Source: Polyangium sp. y55x31
GTDB lineage: Bacteria > Myxococcota_A > Polyangia > Polyangiales > Polyangiaceae
Assembly (NCBI RefSeq): GCF_029946505.1
Contig: NZ_JARZHG010000009.1
Span: forward strand, 42,927 to 106,926
DNA: 64,000 nt
Direction: 5' to 3'
Part shown: positions 56,919 through 64,000 of the stretch, one piece after another
Numbering within the stretch: position 1 is the first letter of the stretch
How the letters are laid out: each line of letters begins with the position of its first letter
Translations under genes and position numbers: made by a program
The notes under the pieces: model-generated
What the model was told of the DNA's origin: nothing
Seen by the model: only the letters and a program-made list of their open reading frames with translations
Database searches by the model: none

Positions 56919-57644
56919 ATGACCTTATCGAATTTCGGACGCGCGCTCGCGGGACTCTGTCTCACGGGCGCGCTCGGTCTTTTGGGCTGCAAGGGAACGG
57001 TCGTGATCGGGGGCGGCGGTGACGACGGCCAGCCTGGCCAGCCTGGCCAGCCTGGTCCGGGCGGGCCGGGCGGCGGCGTGAGCCCGCCCCCCGTCTGCGG
57101 CTCCGAGCTGCACCTCATCGGCATCTACGAATCGCACGGCGATCACAGCGGCGGCGTGCACCCGCCCGGCGCCGCTTCGGTGCACGTCGAGCGACAATCG
57201 AGCTCGATCCTGGTCCTCTCGTCGTACGAGCCGGTGCACTGGACCGTCACGGCGGCCGAAGGCGTCACGCTCGAAAAGGTGATCCTGAACGGGTATCACG
57301 ATCAAACGGCCGACGTGCCCGCGGGCGTGACGGTCGAGACGTATGACGGCCCGGACGGCTCGCTCGGCGCGTATGCTTATGCATGGCCGCACGCCGAGGG
57401 CGGCAGCGATACACAGGCGCTCGTCGCGGCGGTCGAGAACCTGACGGGACGCGCGCTGACCTCGTTCCACGGCTGCTATCAGGCCACGCAATTCACGCTG
57501 CACGACGACCTCCAGGCCGACTCGACGTGTGCGATCGAGCAAGGATACACGCAGACGAGCCACGTCGCCGAGAGCATGCTCGAATGCGACGACGAGCCGC
57601 CGGTCGCGGATCCGTGCGCGGGCAAGGCCTGCGACGGGTCTTGA
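56919..57644 (+). CDS. lipoprotein, hypothetical (Gly/Pro-rich linker, His-rich domain)
   Basis: GGAGGA SD 7 nt before ATG 56919. MTLSNFGRALAGLCLTGALGLLGCKG is a lipobox signal. GQPGQPGQPGPGG linker. Confidence 0.55.
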   Translation: MTLSNFGRALAGLCLTGALGLLGCKGTVVIGGGGDDGQPGQPGQPGPGGPGGGVSPPPVCGSELHLIGIYESHGDHSGGVHPPGAASVHVERQSSSILVLSSYEPVHWTVTAAEGVTLEKVILNGYHDQTADVPAGVTVETYDGPDGSLGAYAYAWPHAEGGSDTQALVAAVENLTGRALTSFHGCYQATQFTLHDDLQADSTCAIEQGYTQTSHVAESMLECDDEPPVADPCAGKACDGS

Positions 57645-57845
57645 TCCGATATCGCCGATTGATACACGCCGGGCTCGCCCGCCCGCAGACGCCCGCCGAT
57701 TCTCTTCCTGTCAACACAAAAGCGCGGCTCCGGGATCGACGCTCCGGCAGGCGGGCTTTCATGCTGCGACGCGGCGGCCGATGAGAAAAATCGTTCGCAG
57801 CAGAGGCACATAGCCCACGCGCGGCCGCCATGGTAGAGGCCGGGC

Positions 57846-59096
57846 GTGAGTCCTGTCACCCCTCAGCTACGCCGGCTCTATGCGACCACGTTACCGTTCG
57901 GGATTGCGTGCGGCATCTCGATCGGGCTGACGGCGGTGCACCTGAACCGGGTGGGGTACTCGAAGGACTCGATCGGCTTTCTGGCCCTGTTCTTCGGCGC
58001 GGGGCTCGTGCTCTTCGCGCTCCCGGTCGGGTCGATCATTCGACGTTTTTCGGCCGAGCGCGTCCTTGCCGCGTCGCTCGTCGGGTATGCGGGCTGCCTC
58101 GCCGCCTTCCCGCACGCGCATAACTTCGCCTCGGTCGCGGCGGTGCGCTTCGTCGACGGCCTGTTCACGATCGGCATATGGGTCAGCTCCGAGACGGTGC
58201 TGCTCGCGCAGGCCCGCAAGGAGCACAAGGCCTACCTCACGACCCTTTATGCGATATGGCTCGCGAGCGGATACGTGGCCGGCCCGCTCATGGCGACGGG
58301 CATGGACAAGTTCGTCCCGGCGACCGTCTCGTTCGGCGTGGCGGCCCTCTTCGCGCTCGGCGCCGGCCTTTACGTCGCCCTGAAGATGCCGCCGGCGCCG
58401 CCGGTCGAGGGCGCGAGCACGGATGAAGAAAAGGACGGCGGAAAGGGCTCGGAGCTCTCGGCCGCCACGATCCTCTGGCGCATCAAGACCTCGTGCTTCG
58501 CCTCGTTCTCGTACGGCTACTTCCAGGCGGCCGTGGTGATTTTCCTGCCGCTCTACCTCATCGAGTCGAAGGGGATCCCCGAGAACCGCACGATCGTGCT
58601 GCCGGGGCTCTTTTGCCTCGGCATGATGATCTTCTCGAACGTGGCAGGCCGGATCGCCGACCGCGTGGGGCACCTGCGCGCGGTCCGCGTGCTCTCGTTC
58701 ATCGGCCTCTGCTGCGTGGCCGGCTTCATCTACGCCGACAACTACTGGCTCATGCTCGCCATCGTCTTCGGGTCGGGCGGGTCGTTCGCGTCGATGTCCC
58801 CCATCGCGCTGGCCCTCACGGGCGTCATCGTGGAGCCGCGCGATTACGGCCGCGCGAACTCGATTTACAACATGTTCTACGCGGCGGGCATCCTGACGGG
58901 CCCGCTCGTGGCGAGCCAGATCTTCCAGCGCCTCGGCGGGGTGGCGATGCTTTACCACCACGTGGCGATGTGGGGCGCGTTCGTGCTGTTCACCGTGATC
59001 TTCATGTACGACGATCCGGCGGCGCGGCGGCGGCGGGACCCAAAAGACGCAGGCGACCCTGACCCGACGGAGTTGCCAGGCGGGGCCGCGGGCTGA
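57846..59096 (+). CDS. MFS-family transporter
   Basis: GTG at 57846. About 12 predicted TM helices. Central cytoplasmic loop. Typical MFS layout. Confidence 0.75.
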   Translation: MSPVTPQLRRLYATTLPFGIACGISIGLTAVHLNRVGYSKDSIGFLALFFGAGLVLFALPVGSIIRRFSAERVLAASLVGYAGCLAAFPHAHNFASVAAVRFVDGLFTIGIWVSSETVLLAQARKEHKAYLTTLYAIWLASGYVAGPLMATGMDKFVPATVSFGVAALFALGAGLYVALKMPPAPPVEGASTDEEKDGGKGSELSAATILWRIKTSCFASFSYGYFQAAVVIFLPLYLIESKGIPENRTIVLPGLFCLGMMIFSNVAGRIADRVGHLRAVRVLSFIGLCCVAGFIYADNYWLMLAIVFGSGGSFASMSPIALALTGVIVEPRDYGRANSIYNMFYAAGILTGPLVASQIFQRLGGVAMLYHHVAMWGAFVLFTVIFMYDDPAARRRRDPKDAGDPDPTELPGGAAG

Positions 59097-59102
59097 AAGG
59101 TT

Positions 59103-60404
59103 TCACGGCGCCGGCGCGTCGAGGCTGACCTGCACGGGCGCCGCCGTGGCCTGCGCGAGCCGCATCGGCGGCAGCTTGCCGTACGTCGCGGCGCGCCACA
59201 GCCATTCGAGCGGGCCATAACGGAAACGCGCGAGCCAGAATCGGCTCCAGACGACCTGCACGGCGAAGATCGCCACCGCGATCCCGGTCCCGAGCAGCGG
59301 GCCGACTTTGCCGTACCAGCCGAATCCGTAACTATAAAAGAGCGTGGTCGCGATCAGGCTCTGCGTCAGGTAATTCGTGAGCGGCATGCGCCCCGGGCTC
59401 GCGAGCACGAGGAGCACGCGCTTGCCGCGGTCGGTCTGGAGCAGGAGCGCGATCGCTGCGATGTAAGCGATGCAGAGCAGGGGCCGGTTCACCCGGAAGA
59501 GCAGGTCGGCGGTGAAGCCGTACCAGGTCCAGCCTTCCGGCGGGGGCATGGGTCGGAACGCGAAGAGCAGAGAAAAACCCACCGACGCGGCGATTCCGAG
59601 GCTCAGCGAGATCCAGAGGACCTTGCGAATCCGCGGGAGGTTCTCCGCGACGTCCTCGAGCAGCCGCTTTTTGCCCGCGTAGAGCCCGAGGAGCATCGTG
59701 ACGAACACCGAGAGATACCACCAGATCATGCCGTGGCCGAGCCGGATCATGCCGTACGCATCCGCGAACATCGCGAGCCGCGCCCCGATTTGCTCGAGAT
59801 AGGTCCCCGTCGAGAAGATCCGCATGTGCTCATGCGCCATGGCGACCCAGAAAGATAGCGGATGCGGGGGCGCTTCGTGCAGAAGGAGCCCGATCATGCT
59901 GCGCACGGTCGGCGCGAGGAACGCGATCGCGATGAGCCCGAAGACGAGCCGATCGGAGGCGCGGCGCAAGGCGAGCAAGAAGAGCCCGAGGACCGCATAC
60001 GTGTGCAGCACGTCCCCGTTCCAGAGGAAGATCGCGTGCGCGGCGCCCACGAGGAAAAGCACGGCGACACGTCGCAGGTAGAGAGGCGTGAGGCGCGCGC
60101 CGCTCGCCTCGGCGCGCTGCATCTGGACGGTCAGCCCGAGGCCGAACAGGAACGAGAAGATCGAGTTGGCCTTGCCCGCGAACACGATGGACGTGACGGT
60201 CTCGGCCGCCCGGTCGTAGAAGCGCGGGAAGTAGTGCTCGTCGAGCGCGTGGATGCCGTCGGGCACGCTGAAGCCCGGCATGTTCATCACGATGATGCCG
60301 AGCAGGGCGAACCCGCGAAGGACGTCGAGAAGCGGGTTGCGTTCCTCCGGGGCGACGGGTGTGAGCGGCGGGGCGCCCTCCGTCTTGCTTTGTTCCTCTG
60401 CCAT
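59103..60404 (-). CDS. DUF418 (YeiB-like) membrane protein
   Basis: ATG at 60404 with GGAGG SD. N-terminal LDVLRGFALLGIIVMN. C-terminal GPLEWLWRAATYG, typical of DUF418. Confidence 0.7.
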   Translation of the reverse strand: MAEEQSKTEGAPPLTPVAPEERNPLLDVLRGFALLGIIVMNMPGFSVPDGIHALDEHYFPRFYDRAAETVTSIVFAGKANSIFSFLFGLGLTVQMQRAEASGARLTPLYLRRVAVLFLVGAAHAIFLWNGDVLHTYAVLGLFLLALRRASDRLVFGLIAIAFLAPTVRSMIGLLLHEAPPHPLSFWVAMAHEHMRIFSTGTYLEQIGARLAMFADAYGMIRLGHGMIWWYLSVFVTMLLGLYAGKKRLLEDVAENLPRIRKVLWISLSLGIAASVGFSLLFAFRPMPPPEGWTWYGFTADLLFRVNRPLLCIAYIAAIALLLQTDRGKRVLLVLASPGRMPLTNYLTQSLIATTLFYSYGFGWYGKVGPLLGTGIAVAIFAVQVVWSRFWLARFRYGPLEWLWRAATYGKLPPMRLAQATAAPVQVSLDAPAP

Positions 60405-60490
60405 GGTGGGAACCTCCACCGATGGAGAGTCACTCCGCCTTGCTTTGTTCCTCTGCCATGGTGGGGACCTCCACCAAGGTAGAGTCACTC
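60378..60490 (-). repeat. tandem near-perfect duplication (about 53 nt x2) of the RBS/start region of the DUF418 gene
   Basis: gagtcactccg(t/c)cttgctttgttcctctgccatggtggg(a/g)acctccacc occurs twice, at about 60371-60420 and 60425-60474. The second ATG at 60459 is out of frame with the first. Confidence 0.6.
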
Positions 60491-60569
60491 CGGGCGCGAT
60501 GTGAACGAAAAATCGTACCCGGGCCTCCTTCTCCGGGTTGATCCCGGCGCGAGGCCCTCGGCCCGGCCG

Positions 60570-61256
60570 TCAGCTATGCTGAAACGCCGATTGCCCGGCC
60601 AGGACGCGCTCGGCCTCGGTCTCGTCGAGCAGGATGTAGCCGCCGCGATCCCTGTCGTAGACGTGCACGTCGCCGTTCGCGACGTCGAACCACCAGCCGT
60701 GCAGCGTGATCGCGCCCTCGTCCACGAGCTTGCGGACGTTCGCGTAGCTCGCGATGTGCTCGAGTTGCTGGAGGACGTTCGCCTGGGAGAGGCGATCGAC
60801 AGCCGGCAGGTCGTCCTTGATGAAGGGCGAGCGCACGAGGCGCGCGAAGGCAGCCTCGCCGTGGGCGAGCCAGGCCTTCAGGTTCGGCAAGGAGCTGTAA
60901 TGCTCGCGCCCGTTGAGGATGGCCTCGATGGCGCCGCAGCGCGAATGGCCGCAGACGACGATGTGCCTGATCTTGAGCTTGTTCAGGCTGAACTCGATGG
61001 CCGAGGCCTCGGAGACGTCGCCCACGGAGATGCCGCTCTCGCTCGCTGGTGCGACGAGGTTGCCGACGCTCCGCACCACGAAGAGATCCCCCGGGTCGGT
61101 GGAGACCATCAGGTTCGGGACCACACGGCTGTCCGCGCACGCGAAGAAGAGGACGTCGGGCTTCTGCCCCCGCTCGGCGAGCTGCTTGAAGAGCGGAGCC
61201 AGGCCAGGGAGCTTGTTCTTGCGAAAGTCGATGAGGCCGCGGATCAACTTTTCCAT
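60570..61256 (-). CDS. can: beta-class carbonic anhydrase
   Basis: FFACADSRV and VVCGHSRCGAI. These are the CxDxR...HxxC zinc ligands of beta-CA. Confidence 0.9.
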   Translation of the reverse strand: MEKLIRGLIDFRKNKLPGLAPLFKQLAERGQKPDVLFFACADSRVVPNLMVSTDPGDLFVVRSVGNLVAPASESGISVGDVSEASAIEFSLNKLKIRHIVVCGHSRCGAIEAILNGREHYSSLPNLKAWLAHGEAAFARLVRSPFIKDDLPAVDRLSQANVLQQLEHIASYANVRKLVDEGAITLHGWWFDVANGDVHVYDRDRGGYILLDETEAERVLAGQSAFQHS

Positions 61257-61315
61257 GACCCCGCAAGGTAGCCGAGACGTAATTGGTGGGCCAACGAAAT
61301 AGTTGGCAACGCAAA

Positions 61316-62158
61316 CTAAATTCGTACGAGGTCGGTGGGGTCGGCCTCCGCGGCAAGGCAGGCGACGAACCCCTCGCGGTACGTCGGGTAATCGAGCGAA
61401 ACACCCAGGCTTCGCCGAATCTTCCGGGCGTCGACGCGGCGGTCGTTCCGGAGGGTCGGGGGGAGATCGGCCCGCGGGACCTCGGCGGGTCGCGGGAGGC
61501 CGAGCCGGGCGCAGAGCCAGTCGATGACCTCCGACTGAGGGACGGGCGCGTCGTCGGCGACCACGAAGACCTCACCTTTCGGGGCACGCGCGAGCGCGGC
61601 GAGGGCGAGGCGCGCGAGGTCCTCGACGTGGATGCGGCTGATGACGCTCCGGCCGCCCTCGGCGATCTTGTGTTCGCCGCGGGCGAGCCGGACGTGCAGG
61701 CCCCGGCCCGGGCCGTAAATGGCGGCCGCGCGGAGGACGATCCCGCCGGCGGCGCGGACCGTGGCCTCGGCCTGGAGGCGGGCGGCGGCGCGGGGTTCGC
61801 TGGGGTCGACCGGGGTTTCTTCGTCGATCCGGCCTGAAGCGCTGCCATACACGCCGGTCGAGGAGATGTAGACGGCGGACGCGGCGCGGTAAAGCAGGGG
61901 CAGGAGCGACGCGTCGGCGGCGTCGTCCGGCGGATAGGTGACGAGGACGCGCGTGTCCTCGCGGACGAGCGGCGCGACGAGGGCTTCGTCGAGGCGAGGC
62001 GCGAGGCGGACGTCGACGCCGAGCCGCGACAAGGCGGCAGCGCGCTCGGGGGAGCGGGTCGTGCCCACGACGCGGGTCCCCGCGGCGAGGGCCTGCTTCG
62101 CGGCGTACGTTCCCGTAAAACCACAGCCGAGGATGACGAGTGTGTCCGAGGCTTGCAC
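61316..62158 (-). CDS. NAD(P)-binding SDR/epimerase-dehydratase family protein
   Basis: N-terminal Rossmann ILGCGFTGTYAA. About 280 aa with epimerase-like layout. Confidence 0.7.
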   Translation of the reverse strand: MQASDTLVILGCGFTGTYAAKQALAAGTRVVGTTRSPERAAALSRLGVDVRLAPRLDEALVAPLVREDTRVLVTYPPDDAADASLLPLLYRAASAVYISSTGVYGSASGRIDEETPVDPSEPRAAARLQAEATVRAAGGIVLRAAAIYGPGRGLHVRLARGEHKIAEGGRSVISRIHVEDLARLALAALARAPKGEVFVVADDAPVPQSEVIDWLCARLGLPRPAEVPRADLPPTLRNDRRVDARKIRRSLGVSLDYPTYREGFVACLAAEADPTDLVRI

Positions 62159-62167
62159 GATTCTCTC

Positions 62168-62770
62168 CTATCGCAGGAAAAACGCGCCGAGGAGGGCCTG
62201 CGCCACAAAACCCGCGAGCGCGGCGAGGAGGGCCGTCCGTGTGCGGAGATGGTGCGCCCGCGACAACCCCATCGTACCGAGCACGAGGCAAAAAACCGCG
62301 GCGAGCGGCGCGTAATACCGCATGGCCTTTCCGATGGCCGAAAAGCCGAGGGCGAAGTACACGGCGATGTCGGGGACGATGAAGAGGAGCGTCATCGGCA
62401 CGGCATAGGCCACGCCGAACACCGCGAGCGTCGCGCCCTCGCGGCCCCCCTCCCCGCCCGGCGCGGACGCGCGGCGCGCGAGGGCGTACGCGACGCCGCC
62501 GCCGATGCGCCAGAGGACGAGGTAGAGCGGCACGGCGAGAATCGCCTGGACGAGGTAATGCCGTTCCCGTCCGAGCCCCGGTAAGCCAAACCGCGGCGCG
62601 TGACCCGAAAGGAAAAGGAGAAGGGAAAAGGCCCCGTGCAAAACGCCGAGCACGAGCATGGCCGCCCGGCCTTCCCGCGCATCCGCGCGCGCCGCGACCC
62701 CAGCCATTGCGGAGCGGGGGCCGCGGAGGACGTCGAGGAAAAGCGACCAGGCGGGACGGGAATCGGACAT
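62168..62770 (-). CDS. small integral membrane protein, hypothetical
   Basis: ATG at 62770 (MSDSRPAWSLFLDVLRG...). About 5 TM helices. The 5' part of the 295-aa ORF is an S/T/P/R-rich artefact. Confidence 0.5.
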   Translation of the reverse strand: MSDSRPAWSLFLDVLRGPRSAMAGVAARADAREGRAAMLVLGVLHGAFSLLLFLSGHAPRFGLPGLGRERHYLVQAILAVPLYLVLWRIGGGVAYALARRASAPGGEGGREGATLAVFGVAYAVPMTLLFIVPDIAVYFALGFSAIGKAMRYYAPLAAVFCLVLGTMGLSRAHHLRTRTALLAALAGFVAQALLGAFFLR

Positions 62771-62822
62771 CGGCGCCCATGCGATAGCGGAAAGGATGGG
62801 CGCGGGAAAGGGGGTTTCCGGC

Positions 62823-64000
62823 TCAGGAAGCGAGGGCGTCCTCGGTGTCGTCGTGCAGCGCGGGTCCGCGGGTCCGCGAGGCGGGCGCGATGTCCCGGGC
62901 CGGGACGACCTGGAGCGAGCCGTCGGACGGGGCGAGGAGGTCTGCGATGTGGCGGACGCCGAGGATGTCCTTGGCCGCGAAGAGGCCGGACGTGGCCGCG
63001 CCCGCGACGCCGTGGCTGAGCGTGCTCGCGCCGACGCTGTAAAGGCCGGGGACACTGGAACGAATGGGGAAGGAAAAGGGTCCGAGCTGGGAGGGGATCT
63101 TCGCCGTGCCGTAACTCGCGCCGCGGTGGGTCTCGCAATAAAAATCGTTCGTGAGGGGCGTGCCCACGGAGCGGAAGGTGAGGTTCTTGCCGAGCCCCGG
63201 AATCACGCGTTCGGCCGCAGCGATCATGGCGTCGCCGAGGCGCTCCTTGAGGTCATTGTATTCCTTGGGGCGCGCCGCGGCGGTGCCGGCCCAGCGTTCG
63301 AAGGGTTCGTACGGGACGAACGTGAAGAGCTCCAGGGTATGGTGGCCCTTCGGCGCGTGGCCGGGGTCTTTCAGGGTGGTGACCGTGAGGAAGAAGCCCT
63401 CGACGATTCCGTGGGGGAGCGTGTGGAGGGCGCGCTCGTAGACGCCGCCCACGTCGAGGGTGCGGTAACACCAGTAATTGCCCGAATCGAGGCCCATCGC
63501 GGGCAGGTCGAGGTCGGTGGCGCAGAAGACGCTGAGCAGGCCCACGGAGTATTCCATGCGGCCGACCTTGCGGCGCTCGCGCTCGCCGTGCGGCGGTTCG
63601 AGGAGCTTGCCGAAGGTGATCGCGGGGTCGGCATTGGAGACGACGGCGCGGGCAGCGATACGCTCGCCCGATTCGAGCTCGACGCCGACGGCGCGGCCGG
63701 ATTCGACGAGGATGCGGCGGACCCGGGTGCGGAGGCGGATCTCGCCGCCGCGCTTGCGGAGGGCCTTGATCATGGCCATCGGAATACGCTTGGCGCCGCC
63801 GCGTGGATAATACCCGCCATCGTAGTAATGGGTGATCATGCGGGCATGGAGGGGGAGCGAGACGCGCGACGGGGGCGAGCCATGGTTGCCCGATTGCGCG
63901 GCGAGGATGCCGCGGAGGAGCGGGTCGCGAATGGTGTCGTCGAGGAGGGCGCGCTGGGTGCGCAGGCCCCATACGAAGAGGCTTTTCGCGCGGAAGGGGA
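62823..64000 (-). CDS. phytoene-desaturase-family (CrtI-like) FAD/NAD(P)-dependent oxidoreductase, 5'-partial (N-terminus beyond window end)
   Basis: ITHYYDGGYYPRGG matches the CrtI-family H..GG.Y.P.GG core. The reading frame stays open from 63839 to the window end with no stop. Confidence 0.7.
   Translation of the reverse strand, partial: PFRAKSLFVWGLRTQRALLDDTIRDPLLRGILAAQSGNHGSPPSRVSLPLHARMITHYYDGGYYPRGGAKRIPMAMIKALRKRGGEIRLRTRVRRILVESGRAVGVELESGERIAARAVVSNADPAITFGKLLEPPHGERERRKVGRMEYSVGLLSVFCATDLDLPAMGLDSGNYWCYRTLDVGGVYERALHTLPHGIVEGFFLTVTTLKDPGHAPKGHHTLELFTFVPYEPFERWAGTAAARPKEYNDLKERLGDAMIAAAERVIPGLGKNLTFRSVGTPLTNDFYCETHRGASYGTAKIPSQLGPFSFPIRSSVPGLYSVGASTLSHGVAGAATSGLFAAKDILGVRHIADLLAPSDGSLQVVPARDIAPASRTRGPALHDDTEDALAS

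Noticed and set aside
1-64000. tRNA, rRNA, transposase, integrase or IS elements
   Set aside because: I recognised no cloverleaf-like or rRNA-like segments, and no DDE-transposase or tyrosine-recombinase motifs. A proper tRNAscan/Rfam/ISfinder run was not possible here, so absence is provisional.

Overview
The window is about 70% GC, densely coding, and looks myxobacterial (Myxococcota). The basis is inference: a MYXO-CTERM sorting tail, many lipoproteins with lipobox signals, several large Ser/Thr-kinase regulators, and Arg/Ala-rich antisense ORF artefacts. I recognised no rRNA, tRNA, CRISPR array, transposase or integrase.

Recognisable housekeeping and accessory genes:
- M36 fungalysin-like metallopeptidase with PA domain, Gly-rich repeat linker and MYXO-CTERM
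- OmpA-family lipoprotein
- Tat-secreted PhoD phosphatase
- Uma2-family (PD-(D/E)xK) endonuclease
- beta-lactamase-family serine hydrolase fused to DUF1343/NamZ
- SGNH hydrolase
- two tandem DUF4336-like paralogs
- TrmN6-like methyltransferase
- DSD1-type PLP enzyme
- TetR regulator
- ECF sigma factor with a membrane-spanning C-terminal extension
- Lon protease
- MFS transporter
- DUF418 membrane protein
- beta-carbonic anhydrase
- SDR epimerase-family protein
- CrtI-like oxidoreductase that runs off the window end

Three things stand out:
1. A bacterial major vault protein (MVP) homolog (30593-33409) sits in an apparent operon. Immediately upstream is a MutS domain-V-only ATPase. Eleven nt downstream is a signal-peptide-bearing protein with a putative beta-barrel C-terminus.
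2. Three paralogous kinase-AAA(STAND-like)-TPR giants (~1300 aa) lie in the window. Two of them (43215-47174 and 50279-54097) bracket three tandem paralogous secreted proteins, described next.
3. Those three secreted proteins (47204-50025) carry A-L-x-L-N pentapeptide repeats, a conserved Cys-rich C-terminal domain and an invariant V(I/V)TT(A/G)LP C-terminus. One copy holds a six-unit, near-perfect 15-nt repeat expansion.

A lower-GC stretch (39.4-43.2 kb) encodes Cys-rich secreted proteins and has a clean rho-independent terminator.
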